DNA from: Parcubacteria group bacterium M6-OD1-1
GTDB taxonomy: Bacteria; Patescibacteriota; Minisyncoccia; GWC2-36-17; M10-OD1-4
DNA: 64,000 nucleotides
NCBI GenBank assembly: GCA_003056085.1
Contig: LSNK01000002.1
Location: forward strand, 110,575 to 174,574
Direction: 5' to 3'
The position numbers and the translations under genes were made by a program. The notes beneath the pieces were generated by a model. The model was not told where the DNA came from. It saw nothing but the letters and a program-made list of their open reading frames with translations, and searched no databases. This document shows positions 18,781 through 28,965 of this stretch, piece by piece (the stretch's first letter is position 1; each line of letters begins with the position of its first letter).

Positions 18781-19455
18781 TTATTTGTTATATTTCTTAT
18801 CCCAGTGATCTTTGAATAATTCTTTTCCATCTTTTAAAAGATTGTTCTTTAAGATATTAAAACACTCTCCTCCTAATTCTTTCCCCTCCAAATGCCATGC
18901 TAATGCTCCGACAATCCAATCTGCGATTTGTATATTTGCATCAAAAGTTGAATTAATCATTTCAATTTGAATAATAGTTCCTGCAGGAAGCTGCGGTGCA
19001 AGTCGATTTTTTAAAATACTTTTAAATTCTGATGGCTTAATTCCTTTCAAGTGCCTTTTGTCACAAAATACCCTAAATTCCAAATCATTCGTTGGAAGAT
19101 ACATTTCTAATGTCTCTCCAATAATATTAGTATAAAGACGACCACTTTCTAATTTATTTTTATTCTTATAAGTATCTGGAATATTTTTTCTTAATAAATA
19201 AGAGTAGTGTATACGAACATCCAAGTCAGAAATATATTTTAATGTTTTTAATCTTAGTTTTGAATTTATCTTAACTTCAGAAAATTTTATTTCTGGTTGA
19301 TTTCGCATCTTTCTTGGAAAACGTGTTTTATGCCATGAACGAAATCGTTTATTCGTTCTATTTTTATCACCAACAATAAAAGAACCAACAACAAAATATT
19401 CTTCGTTATTATGCTTTGTAAATTGTCCACTTTCATCTAAAAAAATACAAGCCAT
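18781..19455 (-). CDS. DUF3800 family protein
   Basis: N-terminal MACIFLDESG and C-terminal IQIADWIVGA match the DUF3800 signature (predicted RNase H-like fold). Confidence 0.5.
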   Translation of the reverse strand: MACIFLDESGQFTKHNNEEYFVVGSFIVGDKNRTNKRFRSWHKTRFPRKMRNQPEIKFSEVKINSKLRLKTLKYISDLDVRIHYSYLLRKNIPDTYKNKNKLESGRLYTNIIGETLEMYLPTNDLEFRVFCDKRHLKGIKPSEFKSILKNRLAPQLPAGTIIQIEMINSTFDANIQIADWIVGALAWHLEGKELGGECFNILKNNLLKDGKELFKDHWDKKYNK

Positions 19456-19651
19456 TACCTCTTAATTTATTTTACAAAAAAATTTAATACTTTCTTACAA
19501 CTTATCTGAATATAATGATATTTCTACATCCATTATACCATAAAAACACCCGACTAATTGAGTGTATTTCCTGAAATGATTATAAAGATAACTGAAAATT
19601 AAAATTATTTAAATCTAACCTTCGTAGTTTTATTCTTTAATTTAAGTTACT

Positions 19652-20464
19652 TCAAAAAGTTAGACTATCCAATAAAGAATAGAATATCATAGAATATTCT
19701 TTTGCCTTAATTGGATCCTGAGCTTTGTTGATAAAATCTACAACTAAGACATATTCTTTATTTTTAAGTTCAAAAAATGCAGTTTTTGTCTTGATTCTAT
19801 TAAAATCTTTTGATCCTATAAATTTTTTACCTCCTAATGAAATAATTTGTAACCCTACGGTGGGAAATAGAGTGTCTAAATTCCATTTTTCTTTAAACCA
19901 ATCTTCTATCGTTTGGTCTTTTATTTTTTTATATAACCAAAAATTAATACGGGCATATTCAACATTATATGCAACTGCTACTCCATCTTCATTAAATTCA
20001 TATTCTGCTCCGGTTGGAGTTGTCGAAAAAACAACAGACCATGGATATCCAACTTCTATTTCTTTTGGATATAATTCTCTTGAATTTTTATACCAGTCAT
20101 CAGGATATTTTACATCAAAACCATAAGTATTATTTTTATAAACTTTCCAATTATCTATATTTTCTACAAAATCTTTTATATTTATAACATCCTTATTGAT
20201 CTTAAAATTGGACTTAAAATCTGACCCTATTTTTGATTTTTCAGCAGAAATTTGTCCTGTTTCTTTTATAACTTCCGGATTAGCTGAATAAAACACGGGG
20301 GTTCCATTAATTTCTGAAACACCCTCATTTCTTGATTCTGTTAATTTAGCTAAATTTAAATCAGTTATATCAATTTTTTTATACTTTTCTATCTTCACCA
20401 CTACGATAGCACTTAAAGAAATAAAAAATACTAAGATCATTATCAGTATTATTCTATTTTTCAT
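19652..20464 (-). CDS. hypothetical secreted or membrane-anchored protein
   Basis: N-terminal signal/anchor MKNRIILIMILVFFISLSAIVVV; otherwise no recognisable motif. Confidence 0.35.
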   Translation of the reverse strand: MKNRIILIMILVFFISLSAIVVVKIEKYKKIDITDLNLAKLTESRNEGVSEINGTPVFYSANPEVIKETGQISAEKSKIGSDFKSNFKINKDVINIKDFVENIDNWKVYKNNTYGFDVKYPDDWYKNSRELYPKEIEVGYPWSVVFSTTPTGAEYEFNEDGVAVAYNVEYARINFWLYKKIKDQTIEDWFKEKWNLDTLFPTVGLQIISLGGKKFIGSKDFNRIKTKTAFFELKNKEYVLVVDFINKAQDPIKAKEYSMIFYSLLDSLTF

Positions 20465-20602
20465 ATTATTAAAATTCTAAAATAATTATTTAAATACAAT
20501 ACAACTTTAATCATAAAAACTCAAGAACTAAATAAAAAGAAAGCTTGGAAAAATTATATTTCCCAAGCTTTACTGCTTAACTTAAATTTATCAAGTAAAT
20601 TA

Positions 20603-21739
20603 TTAACGCTGTAATGTTATTTGATAAAAATAATTTGGATCAAAAGAAGCGGGATCACAATTTACCGCAGGATCAATACGAATATTTTTTATTATACCAA
20701 CCCAATTTGGATCATTACCCATATAGAACCAATAATTAGCAGGTGAAGTGTAATCAAATGAATTACTTTTTATTTCACTCCAAGTATCATCTAATGAGGT
20801 TTTATAATAAACTTTCATGGGATTGGTAATGCAAAAATTTTGTATATTCACCATTACCCACTTATATATATTAGCATCAGCCGTTATTTGAGCACTACAT
20901 GGTTTTGTTAGAGTTGTAAGTTCAGGCTCACAATTAACATAACCATTCACATCTCCATTCCTCCATATATATGGATCGTAATTACCATCTATCCAATAAA
21001 TGTCAGACTCTATCCCAGAATAAGATGTATTAAGATCAGTCCAATACTCTGAATTCCCCTGATCTGCAAATGTCCAATTATAACCCCCAACAACAAAAAC
21101 TATAGGATTATAAGTATATTCCGTAACTTTAAAATCAGAGTCAGGAGTATTATAAGTACGATTTATAAGCTGAGGATACCAAGGTTTATAAAATGCATGA
21201 TTTTTATCTATTTGGAAATGAAGATGAGCTCCACCTGAAGTTCCGGAGCAAACATCTCCAGCCCCACCACCACTTTCTCCGATAACACTACCCTCCACAA
21301 CCTGATTACCAACTGAATAATAAGACCAATTCCTCAAATGAGCATATGAAGTATATATGATTTCACTTGAATTATATGGACTAATAGATTTTATAACAAC
21401 GAGCCCTCCCCATCCAAGATTTGTTTCACATTCAGCTTTTACTACCTCACCAGCAAAAGATGCCTTAACCAAGGTTCCGCTAATAATTGGAATATCAACT
21501 CCTCCATGACTTCCACACCCCTCTCCATTACAACCAGAAACACTGCCGAAGTCTTCATTGTCACGATAAAGAGTTCCCGTATTAATACCGGAGCGATACT
21601 CTATCGTTCCAGTACCAGGGGATCCTTTATAAGTCCCGTTATAATCACGAAGACCATCTAATGGCTTTGTGCCTGCAAAGCTAACAGAAAAAGTTAAAAG
21701 AAATAGAACACCTAATAAACAGAAATTAAATTTTTTCAT
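20603..21739 (-). CDS. secreted M23 family metallopeptidase (LytM domain) with C-terminal extension
   Basis: Signal peptide; LytM motifs GGVDIPI...GTLVKASFAGEV, YAHLRN and GGAHLHFQI. Confidence 0.65.
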   Translation of the reverse strand: MKKFNFCLLGVLFLLTFSVSFAGTKPLDGLRDYNGTYKGSPGTGTIEYRSGINTGTLYRDNEDFGSVSGCNGEGCGSHGGVDIPIISGTLVKASFAGEVVKAECETNLGWGGLVVIKSISPYNSSEIIYTSYAHLRNWSYYSVGNQVVEGSVIGESGGGAGDVCSGTSGGAHLHFQIDKNHAFYKPWYPQLINRTYNTPDSDFKVTEYTYNPIVFVVGGYNWTFADQGNSEYWTDLNTSYSGIESDIYWIDGNYDPYIWRNGDVNGYVNCEPELTTLTKPCSAQITADANIYKWVMVNIQNFCITNPMKVYYKTSLDDTWSEIKSNSFDYTSPANYWFYMGNDPNWVGIIKNIRIDPAVNCDPASFDPNYFYQITLQR

Positions 21740-21853
21740 TAGAAAACTCCTCTACAAAATCAAAAGAACAAAAAATCACCAAGCCAATCTTGATGACAAA
21801 TACATATTAACATTTTCTTAAAAAAAAAAATCAAATTCTAATTGTGGATAGAA

Positions 21854-22981
21854 TTATATTTCTTTTAAAATTTTTATTGTTTCCTCTCCTGTTTTCTCCC
21901 AGTTAAATTTCTCTGCCTGTTTTAAACCTCTCTGTTTTAAAATATCGGAAAGACCCTCATCTTCCAATATCATATCCAACGCCTCTGCAATTTCCGATGG
22001 TTTGTATGGATCTATCATAATACCGGCATCTCCAACTACTTCGGGGAGCGATGAACAGTTTGAAACAACAACCGGCACACCGCAAGCCATCGCTTCAAGC
22101 GGCGGAAACCCAAACCCCTCAAAAAAACTTGGATAAACAAAAATCTTCGCTAAATTATATAAATAAATCTTATCTTCTTGATTTATAAATCCTACAAACA
22201 AAATATCCTCTGAAAATTTGGAGTTTTCCGCCCTTTTTATTATATCATCAAAAAGCCAACCAAATGTTCCGGAAATAACCAAGCTTATTTTCTTTTTTTC
22301 TCTCACAGCTTCAAATGCTTCAATAATGCCTATTATATTTTTTCTCGGCTCAATAGTGCCAAGATACAAGATAAAATTATTTGGTAAGTTATATTTCTCC
22401 TTAACTCTGTTTAAATTTGGGTTATCTTTTGAAACAGGCTTAAAACTTTCATCCACTCCGGAATAAATCACTGAAATTTTTTCTTCTTTTATATTATAAA
22501 AATTCACAATGTCATTTTTTGTTGACTCTGACATTGCTATTATTTTATCTGAATATTTTGCCTGCTTTTTAGGATTTTGGAGGAAATGCCAATATCTTTT
22601 TTTAAGTGAAAAAAATTCAGGATAATGCAAAAAAGAAATATCATGAAAAACGGTAATTTTCCTGCAATTTTTACTTAAAGGAGCTGCTAAAAAATGCGGG
22701 CTGAAGAAAACATCAACCCCGCCCAATAATTTATCAAACTTAGGAGAGTTCAAAAGCAAAAACATATCCAGAAATTTATTTGGAACATTAAAATCTTTCA
22801 ATAAAACATTTTTATTATTTAAAACCTCATTTTCAAAATTAACTTTTAAAAATGCATTGTAAAAAAGAAAAAAATCGTCTTCCTTGTGTTTTGTAAGTTC
22901 TCGCAAAATATTAAGAGTGTACTCCTCCACTCCCGTGTGCCTGCCTCGCGCTATTGTTCTTAAATCAAATCCTATTTTCAT
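21854..22981 (-). CDS. glycosyltransferase family 4
   Basis: EGFGFPPLEAMACGVPVVVSNCSSLPEVVGDAG. Confidence 0.75.
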   Translation of the reverse strand: MKIGFDLRTIARGRHTGVEEYTLNILRELTKHKEDDFFLFYNAFLKVNFENEVLNNKNVLLKDFNVPNKFLDMFLLLNSPKFDKLLGGVDVFFSPHFLAAPLSKNCRKITVFHDISFLHYPEFFSLKKRYWHFLQNPKKQAKYSDKIIAMSESTKNDIVNFYNIKEEKISVIYSGVDESFKPVSKDNPNLNRVKEKYNLPNNFILYLGTIEPRKNIIGIIEAFEAVREKKKISLVISGTFGWLFDDIIKRAENSKFSEDILFVGFINQEDKIYLYNLAKIFVYPSFFEGFGFPPLEAMACGVPVVVSNCSSLPEVVGDAGIMIDPYKPSEIAEALDMILEDEGLSDILKQRGLKQAEKFNWEKTGEETIKILKEI

Positions 22982-23180
22982 GCCAATATTATTAAAATTT
23001 ACGAGCTCAATGCGAAGTAAATTTTACTATAACATTGAGCACCTCTCATTTGGACTGATAAAAAACAATTTATAACTTTAAAATAAATAATATGTCTTTT
23101 TTACAAATCCAAGTGATGGATGAAGTTTTACTGCTGAATTTTATTCACCTAATGGCTTCAAGATTCAGATAAAGCCCTTA
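22982..23180 (-). repeat. intergenic structured element, R family copy 1 (core CATCACTTGG ... CCAAATGAGAGG); its 5' part is read through by the upstream GT4 gene
   Basis: Shares hairpins, the CCTCACTTGG/CCAAGTGAGG core and the GGTGCTCAATGTT box with five other copies (see findings). Confidence 0.6.
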
Positions 23181-24249
23181 TCTTTTCTTTAAATATTTTT
23201 TTATCAAAAGTTTTGGCATGATTTCTTATAAAATCAACATCAAAACTTAAATCTTTAAATCTGCTAACAGCATCTATGATGCTTTCTTCTGTTTGCTCTT
23301 TAAAAAAGATGCCTGTTTTTCCGGAAATAACAGTTTCCCGAGCCCCGCCGGCTTCAAAAGCTATAACAGGACGGCCTAATGCCATCGCCTCAAGCGGAAC
23401 AATGCCAAAATCCTCCTCTTGAGGAAAAATAAGGGCTTTTGCGTTTTGGTAATACTCTCTTAGTTTTTCGTCTTCAAGTGCTCCTAAAAATTCTATATTA
23501 TCACTCGCTATTTTTTCTAATTTTTTTCTTTCCGGACCGTTACCCACTATTTTTAAAGGCAGTCCTATTTTAGAAAAAGCCGTTATGGCAAGATCAAATT
23601 TTTTATAAGACAGAAGCCTTCCCACCATCAAAAAATAACTTCCTTTATTTTTTTTAGCGGAATTTTTTGAAAAATTGAATTTTAAAGTATCTACAGGCGG
23701 GTGAATCACCAATGCATCTTGTTTATAATATTTTTTTATCCTTTTTGCGACAAAGTTGGAATTTGCCAAATAAAAATCCGGCCTCTGAGAAGCTTGAAAA
23801 TCCCATGTTCTTATATATGTCATAAAATAAGGAATAAATTTTTTAACAAAGTCCGGAAATGGAAAATCTCTTATATATTTATGGGAGTCATCCCATGCGT
23901 ACCTTGTGGGAGTGTGGCAATAGCAAATATGCTTTGTTTTGGGAAGTGTTATAACTCCTTTGGCATAGGAGGCTGTATCTGAAATAACAAGATCATAGTC
24001 TGAAAGATCAAACTGCTCTATGGCAAGCGGCATTAAAACCAGAAAGCTTCGGTGTCTTTTTTTTGCAAAAGGAACTTTTTGCAAAAAAGAGGAATAAATC
24101 TTTCTTCCCGGAAATTTTTTTTCAATTAATTTTTCATCATAAATTAATGTATAAATGGGGGCATCCGGATAAATCTCACACAACGCCTCCAAAACACGCT
24201 CTGCTCCTCCGTATTGAGTTAGATAATCGTGAATTAAGGCTACTTTCAT
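23158..24249 (-). CDS. glycosyltransferase family 4
   Basis: MKVALIHDYLTQYGGAERV at the N-terminus and GT-B C-terminal EDFGIVPLEAMALGRPVIA. Confidence 0.75.
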   Translation of the reverse strand: MKVALIHDYLTQYGGAERVLEALCEIYPDAPIYTLIYDEKLIEKKFPGRKIYSSFLQKVPFAKKRHRSFLVLMPLAIEQFDLSDYDLVISDTASYAKGVITLPKTKHICYCHTPTRYAWDDSHKYIRDFPFPDFVKKFIPYFMTYIRTWDFQASQRPDFYLANSNFVAKRIKKYYKQDALVIHPPVDTLKFNFSKNSAKKNKGSYFLMVGRLLSYKKFDLAITAFSKIGLPLKIVGNGPERKKLEKIASDNIEFLGALEDEKLREYYQNAKALIFPQEEDFGIVPLEAMALGRPVIAFEAGGARETVISGKTGIFFKEQTEESIIDAVSRFKDLSFDVDFIRNHAKTFDKKIFKEKIRALSES

Positions 24250-24454
24250 ACTAATGTTGTTTTAATTATAAACAAGACTTAATGTTGGAAACAGTAACTA
24301 AATTACAACATTTAGCACCCCTCACTTGGACTAACAATTAAAAATTAAAACTTAATATTAACGCCAAAATCTTGCTTTAAAAACCAAGTGAGGGATTAAG
24401 GTTTTGCTCCCAAAATTTCAAGGCTTAGCCTTGAAATTTTGGGCAAAGCCCTTA
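24250..24454 (-). repeat. intergenic structured element, R family copy 2
   Basis: Minus strand TAA-GGGCTTTG, a 16 bp hairpin, AAAACCTTAATC, CCTCACTTGG, a 60 nt spacer, CCAAGTGAGG, GGTGCTAAATGTT. Confidence 0.6.
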
Positions 24455-25837
24455 ACATGCTGATTTATCTTTAAACAGAACAAGAATTGTTCTTAATAAT
24501 ATTTTTATATCCAAAAAAAGCGACCAATTTTCTATATAATAAACATCCAATTTTATTTCTTCTTCAAACGGCAAATCGGAAGACCCTGAAACTTGAGCCA
24601 TTCCTGTCATTCCTGATTTTATCGCAAGGACTTTTTTATGATGTTTTTCGTATTTTTCTATCTCGTCAGACTGGTGTGGTCTCGGTCCCACCAAGCTCAT
24701 ATCTCCTAAAAAAACATTAAAAAACTGAGGAAATTCATCTAACCTTGTTTTTCTTATAAACCTCCCTATTTTAGTAATTCTTGGATCTTCTTTCATCTTA
24801 AACAATGGACCGTCTTTTCTTTCATTTGCGCCTAAAAGGTCTTTTTTCATAAACTCTGCATCTTGAACCATTGACCTTAACTTTAAAAGATAAAATTCTT
24901 TATCTTGAGTAACCCTTTTTAACTTAACAAAAACAGGTCCTTTAGAATCCAATTTTATAATGATGCCCAAGATTAAAAAGATGGGGGAAAAAATAATAAT
25001 TCCAAACAAGGACCCGACTATATCCACCGATCTTTTTATAACTCTCCCCCAACCGTCTAAAGGAGTATATTTAATTTCCATTAAAGGAATACCAAAAAAA
25101 GTATTTATATTTATATTCGTAGCCAAAGCCTGAAAAACAGTCGGCGCAAATTTAAAATTCACCCTGTTTAGTTGGCAAAATTCAGCAAGATCAACCATGG
25201 CATTTGACGGATAGTCAGACTGCCCAACCACGACAGTATCTATATTTTTATCTTCTATTAATTTTTGAATATAATTTAGGTCAAAATTTGAAACTTTCAA
25301 AATAACATTATAGCCAAATTTAGGCTTTGACTTCATTTCATCTGCAAGTAAATTAGATATTTTATCACTCCCCACCATCAAAGTTCTTTGAGCTCCAAAA
25401 CCATATTTTTCAGTTAAGTGTTTTTCAATTTTTCTTAAAATAAATCTTCCTAAAGTAAGATAAAAAATTGAGAAAAATAAAATTGCCAAAATAATAAATC
25501 TGGAATCAAACTGCTCGCTTTGCAAAAAGATATATATAATAACAGCCATCATAGCCAAAGATGCTGCAGCGATAATTTGAAAAAATTCCTCCAATATATT
25601 TTTTCTATTTACTTTATAAAGCCCCAGTAATGCAAAAAGAAAAATCCAAAAAGGAATCACCACAATAACCAACATTATATATTTTTCAAACGGCAAGTTT
25701 TCAAAAAACAGCACAGGTCTTAATTGAGATACAAAATCACTGGTACGCAAAAAATAGGCGGAAACAGCCGCAAGAAAAAGCATGGCAAAATCAAGCGGAA
25801 CTAATATTACTGTAAAAAATAATGATGATTTCTTCAT
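24452..25837 (-). CDS. polyprenyl-phosphate sugar transferase (WbaP/exopolysaccharide priming glycosylphosphotransferase family)
   Basis: C-terminal bacterial sugar transferase domain with DEFPQFFNVFLGDMSLVGPRP; N-terminal transmembrane helices. Confidence 0.8.
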   Translation of the reverse strand: MKKSSLFFTVILVPLDFAMLFLAAVSAYFLRTSDFVSQLRPVLFFENLPFEKYIMLVIVVIPFWIFLFALLGLYKVNRKNILEEFFQIIAAASLAMMAVIIYIFLQSEQFDSRFIILAILFFSIFYLTLGRFILRKIEKHLTEKYGFGAQRTLMVGSDKISNLLADEMKSKPKFGYNVILKVSNFDLNYIQKLIEDKNIDTVVVGQSDYPSNAMVDLAEFCQLNRVNFKFAPTVFQALATNININTFFGIPLMEIKYTPLDGWGRVIKRSVDIVGSLFGIIIFSPIFLILGIIIKLDSKGPVFVKLKRVTQDKEFYLLKLRSMVQDAEFMKKDLLGANERKDGPLFKMKEDPRITKIGRFIRKTRLDEFPQFFNVFLGDMSLVGPRPHQSDEIEKYEKHHKKVLAIKSGMTGMAQVSGSSDLPFEEEIKLDVYYIENWSLFLDIKILLRTILVLFKDKSAC

Positions 25838-25904
25838 TTTGATGATATTTTGTTTATAAAGCTGTTGGAAAATTATATCCTTCTACAGTCTTATGATATA
25901 GAAT

Positions 25905-25945
25905 TTTACGCAAAATTAAAAGGGCGCCGTTTGGCGCCCTTTATG
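25905..25945 (-). terminator. intrinsic terminator (GGGCGCC-GTTT-GGCGCCC hairpin, then U-run on the minus strand)
   Basis: Forward AAAGGGCGCCGTTTGGCGCCCTTT preceded by AAAATTAAAA. Confidence 0.6.
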
Positions 25946-25952
25946 ACTCTGA

Positions 25953-26186
25953 CTATCCCGGTAAAACATCCGAGATTTGAGATAAAAAAATAGTAACGGG
26001 ACGACCTCCGTTTGTCATTCCTTTTTTGTTCCTGAAAAGAGGAGTTTGAAGTTGAGCCGATTCCAAAGTTACTCGGAGCACACAACCAACTACTTCACTC
26101 CCCTTAAGAAGAACCACTTTCACCATCTCGCCCTTCTTTGTCCTTTTCAGCTTATTGATTGCATCTTGATTTTCTTTACTTACCAT
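25953..26186 (-). CDS. hypothetical small protein
   Basis: 77 aa ORF followed by a strong terminator; no assignable family. Confidence 0.3.
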   Translation of the reverse strand: MVSKENQDAINKLKRTKKGEMVKVVLLKGSEVVGCVLRVTLESAQLQTPLFRNKKGMTNGGRPVTIFLSQISDVLPG

Positions 26187-26341
26187 TTGTCTTCTCCTCT
26201 GATATCCAATGCGTTATCGCTAAAAATAAACTATTTTAAAACCTCAATAGCTTGCTATTTTAACATAAAAATAAGCTCCTGACAACCCTATTAAAATCAA
26301 TTTTCCCCATAGGTGACACCTATGTGGAAAATAAAATTGGA

Positions 26342-26758
26342 TTATTTGTCTAATGCTTCATTTAATGCAGCATCTGCCTCTTTGTTGTATTCTCTTCTTA
26401 CATGTTCAAATGTCACTTTTTTAAAGTCTGTTTTTAGATTATGTATTTCTATAAAAAATTTCTGTATCTTTTCATCTTTCAATTTATAAACACCTGTCAA
26501 TTGTCTGAATGCAAGCTCAGAATCCATTTTCATATGAACTTCCACTTCTTTTGCTTTTTTCTTCCCCAAAAGCAGTTTTGCTTTTTCTAAAGCAAGAATT
26601 ATAGCTTTGTATTCCGCTTCATTGTTTGTTCCATGACCTATTTTTTCGCCATAAGTTTTAACAGTCTCCCCCTTCGCGTCTTTTATAACTATTCCTATCG
26701 CAGAAGGTCCCGGATTTCCCCTTGACCCGCCGTCTGTGTATATGGTTATTTTATTCAT
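26342..26758 (-). CDS. rnhA: ribonuclease HI
   Basis: IYTDGGSRGNPGPSAIG and NNEAEYKAI catalytic-site motifs. Confidence 0.8.
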   Translation of the reverse strand: MNKITIYTDGGSRGNPGPSAIGIVIKDAKGETVKTYGEKIGHGTNNEAEYKAIILALEKAKLLLGKKKAKEVEVHMKMDSELAFRQLTGVYKLKDEKIQKFFIEIHNLKTDFKKVTFEHVRREYNKEADAALNEALDK

Positions 26759-26862
26759 TGTTTTTAATTCTTGTCACTTATTATATTAATACATGTATAA
26801 TATAAAATTTAAGATAAAAATAAAAGAGGATGTTTTACAAACATCCTCTTTATAAAATCTTA

Positions 26863-27099
26863 TTAGTAAGATACTGTAAAATTGGAAGAATAAGCCCAAA
26901 ATATATGAAGAGTTACAATTTCATGCTCGCCTTCTCCACAAGCAAATCGCATTGTTACTTTCCCGCTTACTTCATTTATAGACGCAACCACCCCATAAAT
27001 ACTGTCGCCACCATCAAATCTAACAGATACATGACGACCAATGAGCTTCCTGAACAATTCCAACTTTTCATTGCGTATAGATTGACTTTCATCTGTCAT
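26863..27099 (-). CDS. hypothetical small protein (possibly Sm-like fold)
   Basis: 78 aa; segment LIGRHVSVRFDGGDSIYGVVASINEVSGKVTM resembles LSm/Hfq-like beta strands. Weak call. Confidence 0.25.
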   Translation of the reverse strand: MTDESQSIRNEKLELFRKLIGRHVSVRFDGGDSIYGVVASINEVSGKVTMRFACGEGEHEIVTLHIFWAYSSNFTVSY

Positions 27100-27179
27100 C
27101 TTAACTCTCCTTATACATTAAATAAAAATGTGCGATTATTAACTAAATAAATATAGCACATACATTTTTAAGGTGCAAA

Positions 27180-28931
27180 TTATTTTGTTAAGACTATATC
27201 CTTGAGTTTCAGTTGCAAGCTCTTATTTCCATTCCATTCATTTTCCTCTATTGTAAACACAATATTTATTTTATCGCCTTTTTTTAATTTTTCATAAAAT
27301 TCAGGAATTCCAAAACCGATAGCATCAAAAAATTTAATTTCTCCTTCTTTTAATTTTGCTTTCAAAGTAAGCTTTAAATGTTTGCTTCCGTTTCCAACCA
27401 ACCTCAAAGCCGCAATTTCGATATTTTCCATAGAAAATATCGGAGCATTATTACCTTGCCCGTAAGGCTCAAATTGAGAAAGCCAATTTGATATTTCCCA
27501 GTTGATATCATCCGGCAATATTTTATTTTCCACTCTTACAACAGGTATTTTCGGCTTATTTTTTAATTTTCCTTCTGAAATTTTTAAAATAAGTTTTTTA
27601 AAATCATTCATATTTTCTTCTGAAATAGAAAATCCTCCGGCTCCCGCATGACCGCCAAACGCCAAAAAAATATCTTTATTTTTTTTAGCACACTCTGACA
27701 TTGCCTCCACGATGTTAAATCCATCGACGCTTCTGCATGAACCTTTAAATATATTCCCTATTCTTCCGTACACAAAAGACGGCCTATTATATTTTTCTGT
27801 TAATCTGCTCGCCACAAGACCAACTATCCCAGGAGTCCAACCATTGTCTCCTATAACAATAACCTCTGGCACCCCTCCTTTTTCCGAAATATCTTTTTCC
27901 ATCCAAAAAATAGCATCTTTTACCGCCTTATCTACAAATTTTCTTCTGTCATTATTTGCTTTCTCAACCATTTCTATGAGTTTCTCCGCTATCTCTTCGT
28001 TGTCAGTTTCTAAAAGATCATATGAAACCGATGCGTGGGTCATTCTTGATGTCGCATTTATTTTCGGAGCTATTCTAAATGCAATCATATTTGCATCTAT
28101 ACCATTTCTAAGATTTCCTGCCCTATCCAGCAACTTTTTTAAACCAATTCTTTTTGTTTTTTTTACAACCTTAAGTCCATATTTTACCAATGTTCTATTC
28201 TCGCCTAAAAGCGGCATCATATCTGCAATTGTTGCTATGGTAACAACATCTAAAAGCCATTTTTCCGCCCCTTCTTTTATCCCTCTCTTTTTTCCAATCT
28301 CTGAACAAAAAAGAGCGGAACAAAATTTAAAGGCAACTCCCGCAGCGCAAAGATCTTTAAACTCATAACAACAATCTTTTTGTTTGGGGTTTACTATCGC
28401 ATGGGCCTTAGGCAGTTTCTCGCCGGGTAAATGATGATCAATTATTATCACGTCTGTTTCATTTTTATTTAAAAGATCAACCTCCTCTACATCATTTATT
28501 CCGCAATCCACCGTAATCAAAAGATCAACTCCTTTTTTTAAGATACTTTTAACGGCTTCTTTATTTAATCCATAGCCTTCTTTTTGTCTGTCCGGAGTAT
28601 AGGTTTCAAAATCAACCCCCAACTCTTTTAAAGCTGAAGCGACAACAATAGACCCGCAAACTCCATCCGCATCATAGTCATGATACACAACTATTTTTTC
28701 TTTATTTTCTATCGCTTTTATAAGTCTTTTGAGTGCTTTTTCCAACCCAAAAACCAAAAAAGGATCCTTTAGGTCCTTCTCATAATCCGGATTAAAAAAT
28801 TGCTTTGCTTCTATTTTCGTCTTTATCCCTCTATTGTATAAAAGCTGAACTACAACATCAGGATAATCATCTAATTCTTTTAAAATTTTATCCGGGGCTT
28901 TTTTTTGAATTTCCCAAATCTTCTCTTGCAT
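27180..28931 (-). CDS. recJ: single-stranded-DNA-specific exonuclease RecJ
   Basis: DHH motifs VVYHDYDADG and IIIDHH, plus DHHA1 region GGHAGAGG. Confidence 0.85.
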   Translation of the reverse strand: MQEKIWEIQKKAPDKILKELDDYPDVVVQLLYNRGIKTKIEAKQFFNPDYEKDLKDPFLVFGLEKALKRLIKAIENKEKIVVYHDYDADGVCGSIVVASALKELGVDFETYTPDRQKEGYGLNKEAVKSILKKGVDLLITVDCGINDVEEVDLLNKNETDVIIIDHHLPGEKLPKAHAIVNPKQKDCCYEFKDLCAAGVAFKFCSALFCSEIGKKRGIKEGAEKWLLDVVTIATIADMMPLLGENRTLVKYGLKVVKKTKRIGLKKLLDRAGNLRNGIDANMIAFRIAPKINATSRMTHASVSYDLLETDNEEIAEKLIEMVEKANNDRRKFVDKAVKDAIFWMEKDISEKGGVPEVIVIGDNGWTPGIVGLVASRLTEKYNRPSFVYGRIGNIFKGSCRSVDGFNIVEAMSECAKKNKDIFLAFGGHAGAGGFSISEENMNDFKKLILKISEGKLKNKPKIPVVRVENKILPDDINWEISNWLSQFEPYGQGNNAPIFSMENIEIAALRLVGNGSKHLKLTLKAKLKEGEIKFFDAIGFGIPEFYEKLKKGDKINIVFTIEENEWNGNKSLQLKLKDIVLTK

Positions 28932-28965
28932 AAATTAAAAATGAATAATTTTAAGTTTTTGTCCA

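Noticed and set aside
26187-26341. Palindrome CCCCATAGGTG-A-CACCTATGTGG between rnhA and the 77 aa ORF, considered as a possible third repeat family
   Set aside because: Single occurrence in the window with no U-run. Most likely a local operator or weak terminator; not enough evidence for a repeat family.
27712-28368. 218 aa plus-strand ORF, and many other 60-130 aa ORFs antisense to annotated genes (e.g. 287-481, 1504-1782, 11843-12253, 40959-41339, 51167-51565)
   Set aside because: They lie fully inside longer minus-strand genes with clear homology and have low-complexity or Ser/Leu/Phe-rich compositions. They are typical antisense shadow ORFs in AT-rich DNA.
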